Assembly (NCBI GenBank): GCA_951406725.2 | Contig: OX597827.1 | Coordinates: forward strand, 17,484,001-17,548,000 | Length of the DNA: 64,000 bases | DNA from: Octopus vulgaris | Lineage: Eukaryota | Direction of reading: 5' to 3' | Part shown: positions 39,658 to 54,649 of the stretch, piece by piece | Layout: each line of letters opens with the position of its first letter | How positions within the stretch are numbered: position 1 is the stretch's first letter | Program-made: the position numbers and the translations under genes | The notes under the pieces: generated by a model | Seen by the model: only the letters and a program-made list of their open reading frames with translations | The model's database searches: none | Told to the model about the DNA's origin: nothing

Positions 39658-40009
39658 TTGTTAATTAAAAACGGGAAAATGGTGGATATTGCAGCAGATA
39701 AAAAAAAACATCGCAGAAACGACTGTTCCTACACAGACTCGGAACTTCACACAAATGAGACCTCTTCGATAATAATTGTCATTCTTACATGGGACGCTAC
39801 AGCCCTGAGAAACTCCACCCTGAGGGACAGACTAACAGGACGTGATAATCACGGTTAACCTTGATCGTCGGGGGCGTATAGGTTACATGATTATCTGCCA
39901 TATTTTATCTCTCATCGATGGTATCCATACAGTTTAAGTAACTTTGAATACGTATTTTTATTTCGTTTACATCATGATTCAAGTGGCATTGCTAGGTTTT
40001 AATTTTGTA

Positions 40010-40229
40010 CTGGCAGAACCGTTAGCACGCCGGGCGAAATGCGTAGACGTATTTCGTCTGTCGCTACGTTCTGAGTTCAAATTCCGCCGAGGTCGACTTT
40101 GCCTTTCATCCTTTCAGGGTTGATAAATTAAGTACCAGTTACGCACTGGGGTCGATGTAATCGAATTAATCCGTTTGTCTGTCCCTGTGTGTCCCCTCTA
40201 TGCTTAGCCTCTTGTGGGTAATAAAGAAA
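40010..40229 (+). mobile_element. SINE family C, unit-2-specific insertion
   Basis: Absent at the orthologous site near 22145. Confidence 0.8.
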
Positions 40230-41077
40230 CAAAAAAATTGTTGTGGGGTTATAGTTTACTGAATAGGATATCACTACAATCTGGGACATGCAATATCGAT
40301 ACGGTCTTGTATGCATATAGTATTTAGAATTCACTGGATGTTGTATTGTAACATTGTAGTGTATGTGGGTCTGCTAAGAGTTCGAACATGTAGCAATTAT
40401 GCATTCGCGTATATGCTTTAACTTTAACGACTTGTGTTCGACATCTTGATATTACATTTTTACATTAACAGTAGAAGAAGGCACGAGAAGGTAATAGAGA
40501 TTGAGAGAAAAAAAAACAAACAGAAATGAAAAGAAAAGGACAAAAATATTAAAATGTAGTGCTTAACAGATATGGCGAGAAGCCGAAGTTAAATACTATA
40601 TTAAACAATCCACAATCAAGCGTGGCTCGCTTGTAAACAATAATTGTAAACGACAAACAATTTTCCATTTAACGTTAACTCATCTCTGTCTATTTCAATC
40701 TCATACCAACCGATGTTTACTCTCCATTAACGTATTTGCCAATGTAAACAGATACATGTCAACTTTAGATTTCTCACGGGAAGGTTTTAATAACAAAAGA
40801 TCTTCAACGAATTTTATTGAAACTTCCAATAGAGACTAGATTTTCTAAACTTGTCAAAAATTGACTTGAGTTAAATCCTACGTTATATGTGACCCTGCTC
40901 GGAAGGATCAACAAAAAATGTATGTGATGGTGGTGCGGGGTCGGATTATATTTTTTGGCTCTCTACAGATTCATTTTATCATTTTCGTGTAAACACTTCT
41001 TTTACTAATTGGTCATTGAACTGCTGCCATGCTGGAACACCCCGCTCGACATTTTTTTTACAAAAGTATTTTTTACA

Positions 41078-41449
41078 GCGCAGGAGTGGCTGTGTGGTAA
41101 GTAACTTGCTTACTAACCACATGGTTCCGGGTTCAGTCCCACTGCGTAGTACCTTGGGCAGGTGTCTTCTACTATAGCCTCGGGCCGACCAAAGCCTTGA
41201 CAGCGAAAGAAGCCCGTCGTATATATGTATATATATGTGTGTGCGTTTGTTTGTGTGTCTGTGTTTGTCCCCCTAGCAATGCTTGACAACCGATGCTGGT
41301 GTGTTTATGTCCCCGTCACTTAGCGGTTCGGCAAAAGAGACCGATAGAATAAGTACTGGGCTTACAAAGAATAAGTCCCGATGTCGAGTTGCTCGATTTA
41401 AAGCGGTGCTCCAGCATGGCCGCAGTCAAATGACTGAAACAAGTAAAGA
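41078..41449 (+). mobile_element. SINE family A (ortholog of 23343-23713)
   Basis: Colinear in the duplication. Confidence 0.85.
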
Positions 41450-41581
41450 GTATATTAAACCCCATCACATCTTTCAGGCTTGTATTTGCTACATATTTTA
41501 TCGAAATTATTTGAAATATATTAAAACTGTTTAAACTGTGTGCATTTTCCTTCTTTTATTACACACACACGCGCACAAACA

Positions 41582-41632
<51 letters not shown>

Positions 41633-41807
41633 TTACACACACATATATATATTTGGATTTCACAGAGTAACAAAATAAAAGAAGACGGGTGTGTAAACAA
41701 CAAACAGATGAATTAGTTTAACGCTCGGGAAGTGAGAATGTCTTTTACGTTTCGAGCCTGCGCTCTTCAACAGAAACGAGCACAGAAATAAGCGCAGAGA
41801 GAGAAAG

Positions 41808-41850
<43 letters not shown>

Positions 41851-41957
41851 TATATATATATACACACACATATATATATATATAAATAAATATATATATA
41901 TATATATACATATATATATACATATATATATACATATAAATATATATATATACATAC

Positions 41958-42027
<70 letters not shown>

Positions 42028-42038
42028 ATATATATATA

Positions 42039-42071
<33 letters not shown>

Positions 42072-42177
42072 TACTTTCTCTCTCTGCGCTTATTTCTGTG
42101 GTCCTTTCTGTTCCAGTTTGCTTGTGTATCTCTTTGGGAGGTTCATCTTTTACATACATACATAGATACATACATAC

Positions 42178-42214
<37 letters not shown>

Positions 42215-42245
42215 CATACATATATATATGGAGACACACACACAC

Positions 42246-42307
<62 letters not shown>

Positions 42308-42321
42308 AGATAGATAGATAT

Positions 42322-42352
<31 letters not shown>

Positions 42353-42454
42353 CACACACAAACACACTCACACATACATGCATAAATGTATATACACATA
42401 TATAGATAGATGTATACAAGATGTAAACATATACAAATTTATGAGTTTAACGTA

Positions 42455-42500
<46 letters not shown>

Positions 42501-43712
42501 AGTGTGGTGTGTTTATAATTTATTGTAGTATATGTTATACACGTTAAATAATAGTTCATTAGTATATCTTGGATGAACTCCCATTGTTCTGTGTTCTGTC
42601 GTCTGAAAAATACTTAAAAAGAGACATTGTCTTACGATGTTGCAAATTACACTCTTTTGAAGAAAGGTTATTGTAGTTTGTATATTATGAAATATAAACA
42701 TATTATATAAACATTTTAAGCGCTTGATGACATTATCGTTAGAGTCAACGCTACCACCACTATGCAAGTTACTGTAACGCATTAATTACAATTGTTTGTG
42801 TTGTAGTATTAAATTCGAGCATTAAAAGAAAATAAAAATCAGGGGATGAAATACAATGCTGGCTTTTAGAATGAAACAGGGTTTGCAATACGTTCCTCAC
42901 CGTATTAAACTCAAGCAAATACGACATGTATATGAGTGTGTATGCGTGTGTATATGCATATATGTATGTCATTATTCAGTTTATTCCAAGATTTCCTGCC
43001 AATAGAGAAAGAACCGGTTTCCAATCCAGATCCAAGGCTCCTTCTTTGGAATTTCAATATCAACAACAGGGTATTTTTGTTTGTATGTATGTCATTATTA
43101 AGTTTATTTGAAGATTTTTTGCCAATAGTGAAAGAATGGGTTTCTAACCTAGATCGAAGTTTTCTTCATTGCCTTTCCCTCTCGGTTAAAGTAGGTCGGC
43201 AGTGATCCGTCCTACACGCGACAGCAGCTGTTCGACATAAACCCACAGGTCAGTGGATTTGGTTCAGATAAACTTGTTTTTCTTCTTTTCTTGATTTTTC
43301 TCTAAATCTTTGAGACCCCCCCCCCTCGGTCACGACACTGACCATGGGATTGCACCTAGAAAGTTACCCTCCCAGGCACAAGTCTGGGCAAGGTTGTTTA
43401 TGGAAGACCAGCAGTCACCCACGCATACCAGCCTCCCCTCTCCACGCCACCAGTGTTATCCAAGGGAAAGGCATAGGGGCCGATACAGCTTGGCACCTGT
43501 GACGTCGCAACTCATTTCTACAGCTGAGTGAACTGGAGCAACGTGAAATAAAGTGTCTTGATCAAGAACGCAACACGCAGCCCGGTCCTGGATTCGAGCT
43601 CACAACCTTACGTTCGTGAGCTCGACGCTCTAACCACTGAGCCATGCGCCTTCACTAAGCTTGTTTTTGCAGAGTGATATATAATAGACAAGTTAGAATA
43701 ATGTTCATTACA

Positions 43713-43968
43713 CATAATTCCTTTATTATAGTAAATTTGACTAACAGCTGTTTCCAGTAGGTTTACACCATTGGTCTATTGTCCAACTGCGATAAATTGA
43801 AAAGCCGAAGAAAATTAATGATACCTACATCAGAAGCTCTGACGAAGGTATAATTTTCTTCGGCTTTTCAATTTATCGCAGTTGAACAATAGACCAATGG
43901 TGTAAATCTGTCTATAATGACTGCTGGAAACATCTGTGAGCCAATTTTGCTATAATAAAGGAATTATG
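43713..43968. mobile_element. Fold-back element, longer-armed ortholog of 27668-27872
   Basis: Inverted arms around the central hairpin tacctacatcagaagctctgacgaaggta. Confidence 0.6.
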
Positions 43969-44018
43969 TAGAATAGCCATTATTCTAACTTGTCTATTAT
44001 ATAAACACACACACACAT

Positions 44019-44064
<46 letters not shown>

Positions 44065-44537
44065 GTGGAGGCGCAATGGCCCAGTGGTTAGGGCAGCGGA
44101 CCCACGGTCGGAGAATCGCGGTTTCAATTCCCAGGCCGGGCGTTGTGTGTGTTTATTGAGCAAAAACACCTAAAGCTCTACGAGGCTCCGGCAGGGATGG
44201 GGTGACCCCTGCTGTACCATTCCGCCGAAACTTTCTCTCACTCTTTCTTCTGTTGGCTTGCTCGCTTAGCCAGCGGGTTGGCGTCATTTGAAGGCTAAAA
44301 CAATGCAAAGCGCATTGTGACCAACGATGTGTTGCAACATCTGATAGCCTGGTCGGTCACGTAATCACGTGATATATATATATATGCATATATGCGGTCA
44401 CAGCAGTGTGACGAAAGGACTCTGGCTGAAATAAGATTAAGATTAATGTAAAAAGTAAATAACACCAAATATATAGTGCGTGTGTTTTTATTGGCTAAAC
44501 TGGCAATATGACCATTCCGAAATATAACAATATAACA

Positions 44538-44583
<46 letters not shown>

Positions 44584-44896
44584 TCGTATGATGAGTCACT
44601 GCGTTATTCGATACTCCCATAAGTATGAACATATCTACATATATACATTTAGACATACATGATTCCAAATGAGGAAAAGAGAAAGCAACTAAATGCTAAC
44701 TTTCGGTGAATGACCGCCATTTATTCCATATTAAATACAAAGTTTATGCAATTTTATGCAATAAATCTAGAATCCATTCACTTTTCCTAACCAGCTTTTG
44801 AAATGAAATTGCAAATGTGAGGAGAAATCTCACCGCTTCAGGTGTAATTACAGCGAAGTAATTTGTGTGTATGTGTATACGTGTGCGCGCCCGAGC

Positions 44897-44960
<64 letters not shown>

Positions 44961-45373
44961 GAAAGAGAGCGAGAAAATAAATATCCAGTATAACTATATA
45001 CAATCCGAAATTGGTTTACATTAGCACCGGACTCCTTGCAATCGGATTGATCGAGCTGTTTAATACAGGTACAAGCAGTTCCTTACCAATTAGAAAACAC
45101 TGCTACATTTCAGAAGTAGGTAACAACACCGCCACCCTGTTATCCTCTTACCTCGTTTCAGAACATAATAGATCTTTATTCAGTCACTCATTTGCTTGAA
45201 AGATCTGTCTTGAAACAACTAAGTAGATTTTTTTTTTCTTCTTTAGAGCCAGCAGAGACCAGCAAACATGTATCATGTTTTCACTAATTGTTTTAGATGC
45301 TTTTGTAGTCGTGAGCCGACATAGACCAACCCCTCTCGACTGACCCAACGAAACGTCCAGGATGTGACCCGCT

Positions 45374-45452
<79 letters not shown>

Positions 45453-46810
45453 GTGAGTCGCGCGCATACTCAGACTGTACTCATTTTCAGCTGAATAGAC
45501 TGAAGCTACTTAAAATGAAGTACGTTGATCATGGATGCAACGCATCACCCGATCCAGAACTTGAACAGACGATATTATGGTTGCGATTCGATTATCTTAA
45601 CTATGTTACGTGCCTTCACGAAATGAAGTACTATAGGTGGAAATAAAAACAGTATGACAAGGCAAGAATGTTTTCCATCATGGGACAAATTGATATGAGC
45701 GTAATCACTAGCAATAGCGATAATGCCGATTTGGGTATAGTCCAATTGCCTCCAATATTTGATGAGCTCTCATTTTATTGCTGTCCCGAAAATTTTACTA
45801 AAAGTATACATACCTCCGAGACCTACTCACGGAAACCCCCCCAAAAACTACAGTCATCCTGGTAACTGAGGCAAGTACGCTACACTAGTTGTTTTTATTT
45901 AATCTGCATGCACAACATCGGACCACGCCCGTTCGCTCGGACCAAGATCGTTACCCTCATTCATCTTTCAACTAATTTACCGGGCGAATCATTTCCCTCT
46001 CCCGCTTCTCTTTTCTTTTCAAATTAAACATGGGAAACTAAATGAGGATTTGGCCAAAGGTGAAGGCGTCTGTAGTTGGCCTTTCCAATCTGGTCCATCA
46101 CAACCTTATATCCTAAGGCCACCGGACAGATAAGCACCACCCGTCCTTCCAGGCCAAAGGAAGATGGTTGGAAGATCATTCGAAAGGACACAGTTGATAA
46201 CCTGATCTATCCGATACCTGACAATAGGCGTTCTGCATAAATCCACAACTTAGCATTGGACGAATGCGTCCAGAAGTTTCGTCTCCCTGTACGTATCTCG
46301 GATAGGTCTGGCTGATGGCGCATTCGTGCCTGTAGAGTTTATATTACATCGTCAATGTCACCCCACACCGGTAACATTGCCAGGTCAGAGATTTCTGGAA
46401 TTTAGTTACAGTTCCCGGCTCGAAAAAAACTCCATCAGTATAGACCATTTAGTTAATTTTCATCTACGTCCAGATTTTGGGAAACTCCGCGCTTTTGATC
46501 GCCTTTAATACTTTATTGAAGGCCAATGTGAAACTTCCACCAGCCGCAATGCCCGACTGGTAGTGGGCTGCTGTTGTTTAACGACATTAGATTTTCTTTA
46601 TTATTGCTGCCAAGCCCCATTCATTTATACAACAAAAACTCTTTCGGACATATTACATATGCGGCGAAAGATGGCACAAAAGAATCGAAAACGAATGGAG
46701 AACTGGAGACTCTATGCAACGTATTCAAACGTACTACCACAATAACAACATTGATGATAATAATAATAATAATAATAATGATGATGATGATGATCATGAT
46801 GATGATGATG

Positions 46811-46874
<64 letters not shown>

Positions 46875-46894
46875 TGATGATGATGATGATGATG

Positions 46895-46928
<34 letters not shown>

Positions 46929-46930
46929 TC

Positions 46931-46978
<48 letters not shown>

Positions 46979-47427
46979 GTAATAATAATAATAATAACAT
47001 ACTTAGAAACAGCCACAAATCTACATGCTCGCAATCATCCTGTGTACAATATATTCTGCTGCAGGAACAATCTTACTGTAATAGAAAAATGCTCACCCTG
47101 AGAAAAATCAACATCCAGAATAACTGAATGAAATCATCAAAAGCTGATACGGATGTAAAGATCCTTTACTGATGAACAAAGCCACAACTGAACAGAAAGA
47201 ATGGATTGAACACTGCATTGGTTGACTACAAAAAGACTTTTGATACTGTTTCCTACAGGTGGATTTTAGCAACATTATTCCGGAGTGATTTAGCATTAAC
47301 AAGCTTGAACATGTTTAAAACTTTACAAGTTTAAATGGGTAGCAACTTTACAGATCCAAACAAAATGGGGAACTGGTAGAGAAATCGTGATGGCTTAGAA
47401 GGGTACACCTGGGTAACTTTAAAAACG

Positions 47428-47769
47428 AGGAACATCGCGGTTTCGATTCCCAGACCGAGCGTTGTGAGTGTTTATTGAGCGAAAACACCTAAAAGTTCCA
47501 CGAGGCTCCGGCAGGGGATGGTGGTGATCCCTACTGTACTCTTTCACCACAACTTTCTCTCACTCTTACTTCCTGTTTCTGTTGTACCTGTATTTCAAAG
47601 GGCCGGCCTTGTCACTCTCTGTGTCACGCTGAATATCCCCGAGAACTACGTTAAGGGTACAGGTGTCTGTGGAGTGCTCAGCCACTTACACGTTAATTTC
47701 ACGAGCAGGCTGTTCCGTTGATTCGGATCAACCGGAGCCCTCGTCGTCGTAACCAACGGAGTGCTTCCA
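47428..47769 (+). mobile_element. SINE family B, 5' truncated
   Basis: High similarity to 20572-20962. Confidence 0.82.
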
Positions 47770-49842
47770 TTTAAGAGAATTAGTGCATCTAAGTAAGAAA
47801 CAAGAAAATTAATTACTTCATATAGAATAAAACTACACTTAAACGAAACGGAAATATATTTTATCATTAGAATTGTCAGTTTGAAATACACCATTAAATA
47901 TAAGAAAAGTCTATTATGAATTATTTTGCGTGGGATTACAAATATATCAAGAGAAAAATAAAGGGAAATTAATACAAATTATTAGAAACACGATTAAAAG
48001 ATACCGTTTCCCATTTAAAAGAGAGACAAATGTAACAGAGAGCTGTTCGGTGTATGGATAGATAATAAAAATAAATTATAAGAAATTACAAATTTTAAAT
48101 TGAAATAGAAGTAAGATTGAGAAAACCAGAAATAAAGAAAATTATTGAAAATGAATATGTTTGCGCATATGAAAAGGAAAACAATATCGAGAATATTTGC
48201 AGCAGTAGTAATAATAGAATAACGAACATCAACAAAAACGTATAAATCAGTGTTCACAACCGCTACATGCTGCCTAAGAAGTAATCCTCGTAAAAGACCA
48301 GATTCTGCACAATACATTTTAATTCAATTACACTCAAACTGTACAAGCATAGCAAACTGTACAAGCATAGCAAACTGCGCTAGCATACAACACACGATAC
48401 ACACTCTGCGGAATCATCACTAAATTATATAACGCAACTCCTACATGACATGCAGCTAAGAAGTACGCAGCTGGATGCTAGACAGAAGGGTTTGTAACTG
48501 AGACACGGAATGGAAATTCTCCCACTTGATGCGACCAAAAGCTTAATAATAGTGTCAGACATCTCGAAAATCAATATATGAACTGAAGCTGGCGTGCTGT
48601 GGAAGGACTCTTACAAAGCGTCTTTCTTCAGACTGAAAAACAAAAGATGAGTATAAGTGTACGCATTAACCAAGTCAAATTTGCGAATTTCTATCTCGGC
48701 TTCTATAGAGGCAAGTTACTGGTGAATAGTCCGGTCAAATTTCTTGGTTTGGTTTTGGACTAAGGGTGGATAGGAACTAGAATGAATTTACATGCGATGT
48801 GGGCAATCTCATCTAGCAATGGCTGAAAAAATATCTATTTCTGACAGGTAAAGTATAGCTGTCGAATTCCTACAAATCTCTGAGATATATTTCCGGTTGG
48901 TTTTTGTACTTTCTATCTTTCGCTCCTTCTGGATGGGATGGGTGCTACTGGCAAAAATAATCTCTGCGGCACGAAGAATTTGGTATTATGTGACTAATGA
49001 TGCATAACAATGCGCTGATATTTCAGCATCTTTGAAGATTTCTATACAATAAGCAGGTGTGTGACCATCTTGTATCAGTGAAAATTTACCTTATGTTGGA
49101 TATTTAATAGATCTATAACGTAGATCACGTATTTGTCAATTCTGAGTTCCTGGTAGTTAGATTATGTTCAGAGGATCAGACAAACTACCAATCGATCAAT
49201 GACCTTCGTTCGAAGTTGAACCTTACTTCCTGTAGAGGGTTAGTATGGGGGATGAGTGACAATAATATGTCGATGAAGATCAAGTGGTGTATCTGCACAC
49301 AATGCTCACAAAGGGACATAATTCAATTTATCACGATCATTCAAACCGTGGACATAGGCTGATTTACTGTATTATATGGAACGCCTATTGTCAGAAGAAA
49401 ACCAATCCATGTATCGGTTGTGTCATTGAAATAATTCCTGTGGTGCCTGTATTGAGTGAGAAGGATGTTGGATATTACCTGTATGGTAGTTATTACAAAT
49501 GAGGCAGTGGGTGCTGTGGAGTGATAAGTTTGCATATTGAATAAGCTCACATAAGGCGTCTCTTTGAAAGCATCGCATACAGGTAATACATACCTGTGGA
49601 ATTTACAAGGAACTAGTAACGGACCACTCCATTGAAGGGCTATGAGAAAAAGGACTTTTAGACGCTGTTTGTAATCCCATGTTGAAAAGTCCTTCTAAAG
49701 AGACAGCTCAACTTATCTTTGTCATCATTTGGAGAACTTCCCAAAACATCCCCAATGGCACCCTGTACTAAAGTTCTATACAAACAAGCGCTGGCGTTCC
49801 AACAACCACATTGAGCGACTGGTAGTTCCAATAATTGTATTT

Positions 49843-50073
49843 GTTTCTTTATTACCCGCAAGGGGCTAAACACAGAGGGGACAAACAAGGACAGACAAAC
49901 GGATTAAGTCGATTATATCGACCCCAGTGCATAACTGGTACTTAATTTATCGACCCCGAAAGAATGAAAGGCAAAGTCGACCTCGGCGGAATTTGAACTC
50001 AGAACTTAACGGCAGACTAAATACGGCTAAGCATTTCTCCCGGTGTGCTAACGATTCTGCCAGCTCGCCGCCT
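49843..50073 (-). mobile_element. SINE family C, full length
   Basis: Minus-strand head ggcggcgagctggcagaatcgttagc with the family C core. Confidence 0.82.
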
Positions 50074-50984
50074 TATATATTCTAAATATCATCACCCTAA
50101 TCTTGGTGTACCCTTAACATAGTGATTTTCATCTCGGACCAAACCCTCATCAACTTCTTCAAGTACCACTGGAAGAAGAAAATAAGCACGGAGTGGGAAA
50201 TGCTGTCCTCAGTATAATTATTGAATGGTCATTGAGAAGCGATGCTTGGCTGAATGAGTCGACCATGGACATAAAGTTATACGCTTGACACCTTCCAGTT
50301 GGTGGAACGTATTTTCCTTTGTTAATTAGTATAATATAGGCCCTGTAGGTGTTCCTTAATTAGCCTTAGTGGGCTGTTCTTTTATTGAAATACATATGCG
50401 TGTCATTTTACATTAATTCTTCATTTTCTTTTTTTGTTTCGTTTCTGCCTGTCGTATTTGAACCATACTGACTGTAAAAACATAACCACGCACAACCACC
50501 ATCACCACCACAGCCTCTACCGCCACCGCAACAGCCACCACTACCGCCACCGCAACAGCCACCACTACCGCCACCGCAACAGCCACCACTACCGCCACTG
50601 CCGCCACTACAGCCTCTACAGCCGGCGCCACTTCGTAACTCGTCTTCGTAATGTCCTTTCATCGGTCGCCCTTGTGAGAATACATGAAAGCCAAGCAAGC
50701 CATTCAATGCTCTTTTACCAGCCATCGACACCGTCAATTCCTATTATCGATGTCATGACCACTACTACCCCTACCACTACCACCGCCTCCATACCAACCA
50801 CCACAACGATGATGATGACGGGGAGGAGGAAGAGGAGGAGGAGGATCGTTGTCGTTGTCGTCGTCGTCGTCGTCGATACATCAAACACCTGAAAGTGATT
50901 GGACTAAAGATGTTCAATCAAACAATCCAATTAACATATTACCATATATATTTGCCGAAGCTGACGATATCGGTCACTACTAGT

Positions 50985-51070
50985 GATGCTGTTGCTGTGG
51001 TTGTTGTTGTTGTTGTTGTTGCTGCTGTTCGTGGTGATGATGATGATGATGACGGTGATGATGGTGGTGG

Positions 51071-51126
<56 letters not shown>

Positions 51127-51139
51127 GTGATGATGATGG

Positions 51140-51198
<59 letters not shown>

Positions 51199-51319
51199 GT
51201 GATGGTGATGATGATGATGGTGATGGTGATGGTGATGGTGATGATGATGATGATGGTGATGGTGGTGATAATGATGATGATGGTGATGGTGATGATGGTG
51301 ATGGTGATGATAATGATGA

Positions 51320-51350
<31 letters not shown>

Positions 51351-51960
51351 GATGATGATGATGACGATGATGATGATGATAATGATGATGATGATGATGA
51401 CGACAACGACGATGACCACAACGACGATGACGATGTCCGGCGATGGTAATGGGGTGGTAGTGATAGGACTGAAGACAGTGGTGTTGCTGTTGTCGTTCCG
51501 ATTACCGATGGGGGTTGTCATGACAGTCGTGGCGGAGATGATGGCGGCGGAGATGATGGTCGAGGAGGCGGTAGTGATGGTGATGATGGTTATGGTGATG
51601 ATGGTGATGGTGATGATGGTGATGGTGGTGGTAGTGGCGATGGTGGTAGAGGTGGTAGCGAAGATGATGGTTGTGATTATGTTATAATGATGTTGGCGGT
51701 GGTGATGATCATGGTGGTGAGAGTGGTGGCAGTGATAGTGGTGGTGGTGGTGGTGGAGGTGTTGGTGGTGGTGGTTGTGGTGGTGGTGGTGGTGGTGGTG
51801 GTGGTAGTGGTGATAGTGGGAATGGTAATGGTGGCGATAACAGTGGTGGTTGTTCAAATGGTGTGGGTGTTTCTCATGGTCTTGTTGACAGCAGTTTTGG
51901 TCATAGTTGTGGTGGTATACTGATGGTAGGGGTTTCGGTTGTGGTGGTAGTGGTAAAACC
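50985..51960. repeat. About 1-kb compound (GTT)/(GAT)/(GGT)n low-complexity tract
   Basis: Direct inspection. Confidence 0.92.
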
Positions 51961-52305
51961 AGCAATGATGTCATTGACGGTAGAGCGTGTCGTTGACAGC
52001 AAGATTGATGAAGGCGGCGAAGATGCCAGCTTAAACGGTAGTAACGGACGTTGGTGGAGGTTGTGATATTGTTAGCAGTGGTACATGAGTTGGTTTAGAA
52101 TCCCCTCGCTTAGTGTTCAATCGGTGGAGATGCTACTATTTAAATCTCTGAAATGATAGGTTGCGGGTTCATTTGTTGTTGTAGACTGTCATTTTCAACT
52201 CTGGGGTATCATAAACGTGTCGTAGCAATCCTCATTTTCAAAACAGCATTCGAAGTTTCTCCTCGGAGTACGGGATTCAAGCCTCTTCTCCTTATCTCCT
52301 CAACG

Positions 52306-52803
52306 ACATACATACATCATCTCGAAAGGGTCCAGAAGCTGGCTACCTGCATGGTTTTTGGCCTCGAGCATTTGTCTTATGAAGAAAGGCTGAAGACGCT
52401 CGACCTTTATTCTCTCGAAAAACGACGACGCCGTGGTAATCTCATTCTCGCTCACAACATCATAAGCGGAAAGTATAACCTCTCGAAAGAGCTGTTCTTC
52501 TCTCCTGCTCCAGAGAGTGGGCTGCGAGGTCACTCCGAAAAGCTCTATCTACGACGATTTCATCTCAATCGAAGGAGAGGGGGCTTTCTCCGTCCGGGTT
52601 GCGGATCCGTGGAATAAGCTGCCGGACGAGATATTGAAGATGCCGACGACCGCTCGGTTCAAAGTCTCTCTTGACCAGAAATGGCCTGAACTCTTTGTAT
52701 GACCACCCTCTCTGTACGTAACTCCTTGTCCCCCCTACATGGCCTTGCTTTTGCTTTTTGAGCCAATAAAAATTGAATTGAATTGAATTGAATTGAATTG
52801 ATT
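52306..52803 (+). mobile_element. 3' end of a CR1-group LINE
   Basis: LERVQKLAT..LSYEERLKTLDLYSLEKRRRRGNLI..LRGHSEKL..FSVRVADPWNKLP with one frameshift, then AATAAA and an (ATTGA)n tail. Confidence 0.85.
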
Positions 52804-53235
52804 TGAGGGCAATTTGTCTGTTATTGCTAGCAGGTCGAGCGACTCCGCAGACACTCCCTCCCTCGTATGCAGGTCTATTAATGTTATTACTGTGATATAA
52901 CTTCGACCTGATCAGATCATATTTCTCTCATCCTCTCTCATGTGACGGCTATGAGAAAAGTTGTAATCAGTATAGAATGCTAATAGCATACAAGACTACC
53001 ACAAATAATAATAAATTAATAATGATAACAATTATGGATTCAAATTTTGACACAAGGCTAACAATTTCAGGTGAGGAAGTAAGGCGATTATGACGATTCC
53101 AGTGCTCGACTGGTACTTATTTCAAGTGGAGCGCAGCGGAATTTGAACTGAACACGAAGATAGACGAAATCCGCTAAGTATTTTGCCCGGCGTGCTAAAG
53201 ATTCTGCCAGCTCACCGCACTACTACTACTACTAT

Positions 53236-53273
<38 letters not shown>

Positions 53274-53334
53274 ACTACTACTACTACTACTACTACTACT
53301 GCTACTGCTGCTGCTACAACTGCTACTACTACTG

Positions 53335-53440
<106 letters not shown>

Positions 53441-53484
53441 TAATAATAATAATAATAACAATAATAATAATAATAAATAATAAT

Positions 53485-54380
53485 AAAACTAGAACAGCAA
53501 CGGGCCATGATATAACGATGGCAAGAAAAGCCCCTTCATGGCAAATACTGGACCAAACTAAATGGAAAAGAAAAAGACAGAGAAAAATCCCAGCAATGGT
53601 TGAGAAGCTCAAGACTCAAAGCAGAAACGGAGTGATTTTTAATTGCAGTACAAAACCAAAGCCTCTCCATCAGAAATTACCAAAAACATATAATGAAAAG
53701 AAACATAACAAGCAACTGCAGAATATGTGGAGATGGACAAGAAACAATGAATCATATTATCTCTGGCTGCCCAGTCCTGGCTAAGAAGGAATATATTCAG
53801 ACACGACAGAGTTGGGACCTACATACACTGGAAGCTATGCCAGCGCTATGGATTAACAATAGAAATAAGATGGTATAGGCACACGCCAGAAAAGGTCACA
53901 GAAAACGAGAAAGCAACCATACTCGGGGATATACCAATACACACAGATAGAGAAATTAAGGCCAATAGGCCAGATATAGTTGTCAGAGATCATGAAAATA
54001 AATGCTTTCTAAGTGATGTATCAATACCAGCAGATGACAACATTTCTCTAAAAGAAATGGAGAAACTTTCAAAATACAAAGACCTGGAAATAGAGGTAAC
54101 GCGAATGTGGAATCTATTAACACAAACAATTCCTATCATAGTAGGCGCATTAGGTATGGTAGAAAATATTCATACAAATACATAACAAAAACACCTGGAC
54201 TTACAAATATATATAACAAACAGAAAATTGCACTACTGGGCATTGCACATATCCTACACAAAACACTTTCAATACATTAACCATCAGAGCATCACAACAA
54301 ATCACAGCACATACCCAAGGCACACAGAGCTGCGCTCGGTAGTGAAGGGAAAGCACGCTATAAAGATGAAACTACTGAAT
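53485..54380 (+). mobile_element. 3' fragment of an R4/Dong-like RLE non-LTR retrotransposon in (TAA)n
   Basis: CRICGDGQETMNHIISGC knuckle, RHD and RPDIV..D restriction-like endonuclease motifs, and KYKDL. Frameshifted. Confidence 0.82.
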
Positions 54381-54419
54381 AATAATAATAGTAGTAGTAG
54401 TAGTAGTAGTAGTAGTATT

Positions 54420-54584
54420 AACTTCTCTCCTTATAATGTACAAAGCGTTTAATACAATAATATCGCAGAGAATGAGCAAGCATCTGGAAGAAAATGACCT
54501 GTTTCCAGAAGGGCAGAAGGACTCATACGGCTTTAAAGATTAACTAAATAAAGATTAACTGAATAATAATAATAATAATAATAA

Positions 54585-54649
<65 letters not shown>

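Larger units (their letters stand above)
28877..44690. repeat. Tandem segmental duplication, unit 2 (about 15.8 kb)
   Basis: Colinear paralog of 8320-28611 with independent TE gains and losses. Confidence 0.93.

Noticed and set aside
48300-49830. Possible gene or old retroelement in higher-complexity sequence
   Set aside because: No long ORF or recognisable motif by eye. A profile search would be needed.
50895-51974. Asp-rich, His-rich or Met-rich protein ORFs
   Set aside because: Several frames are open only because (GAT/GGT)n lacks stops. There are no splice or promoter signals and no complex sequence.
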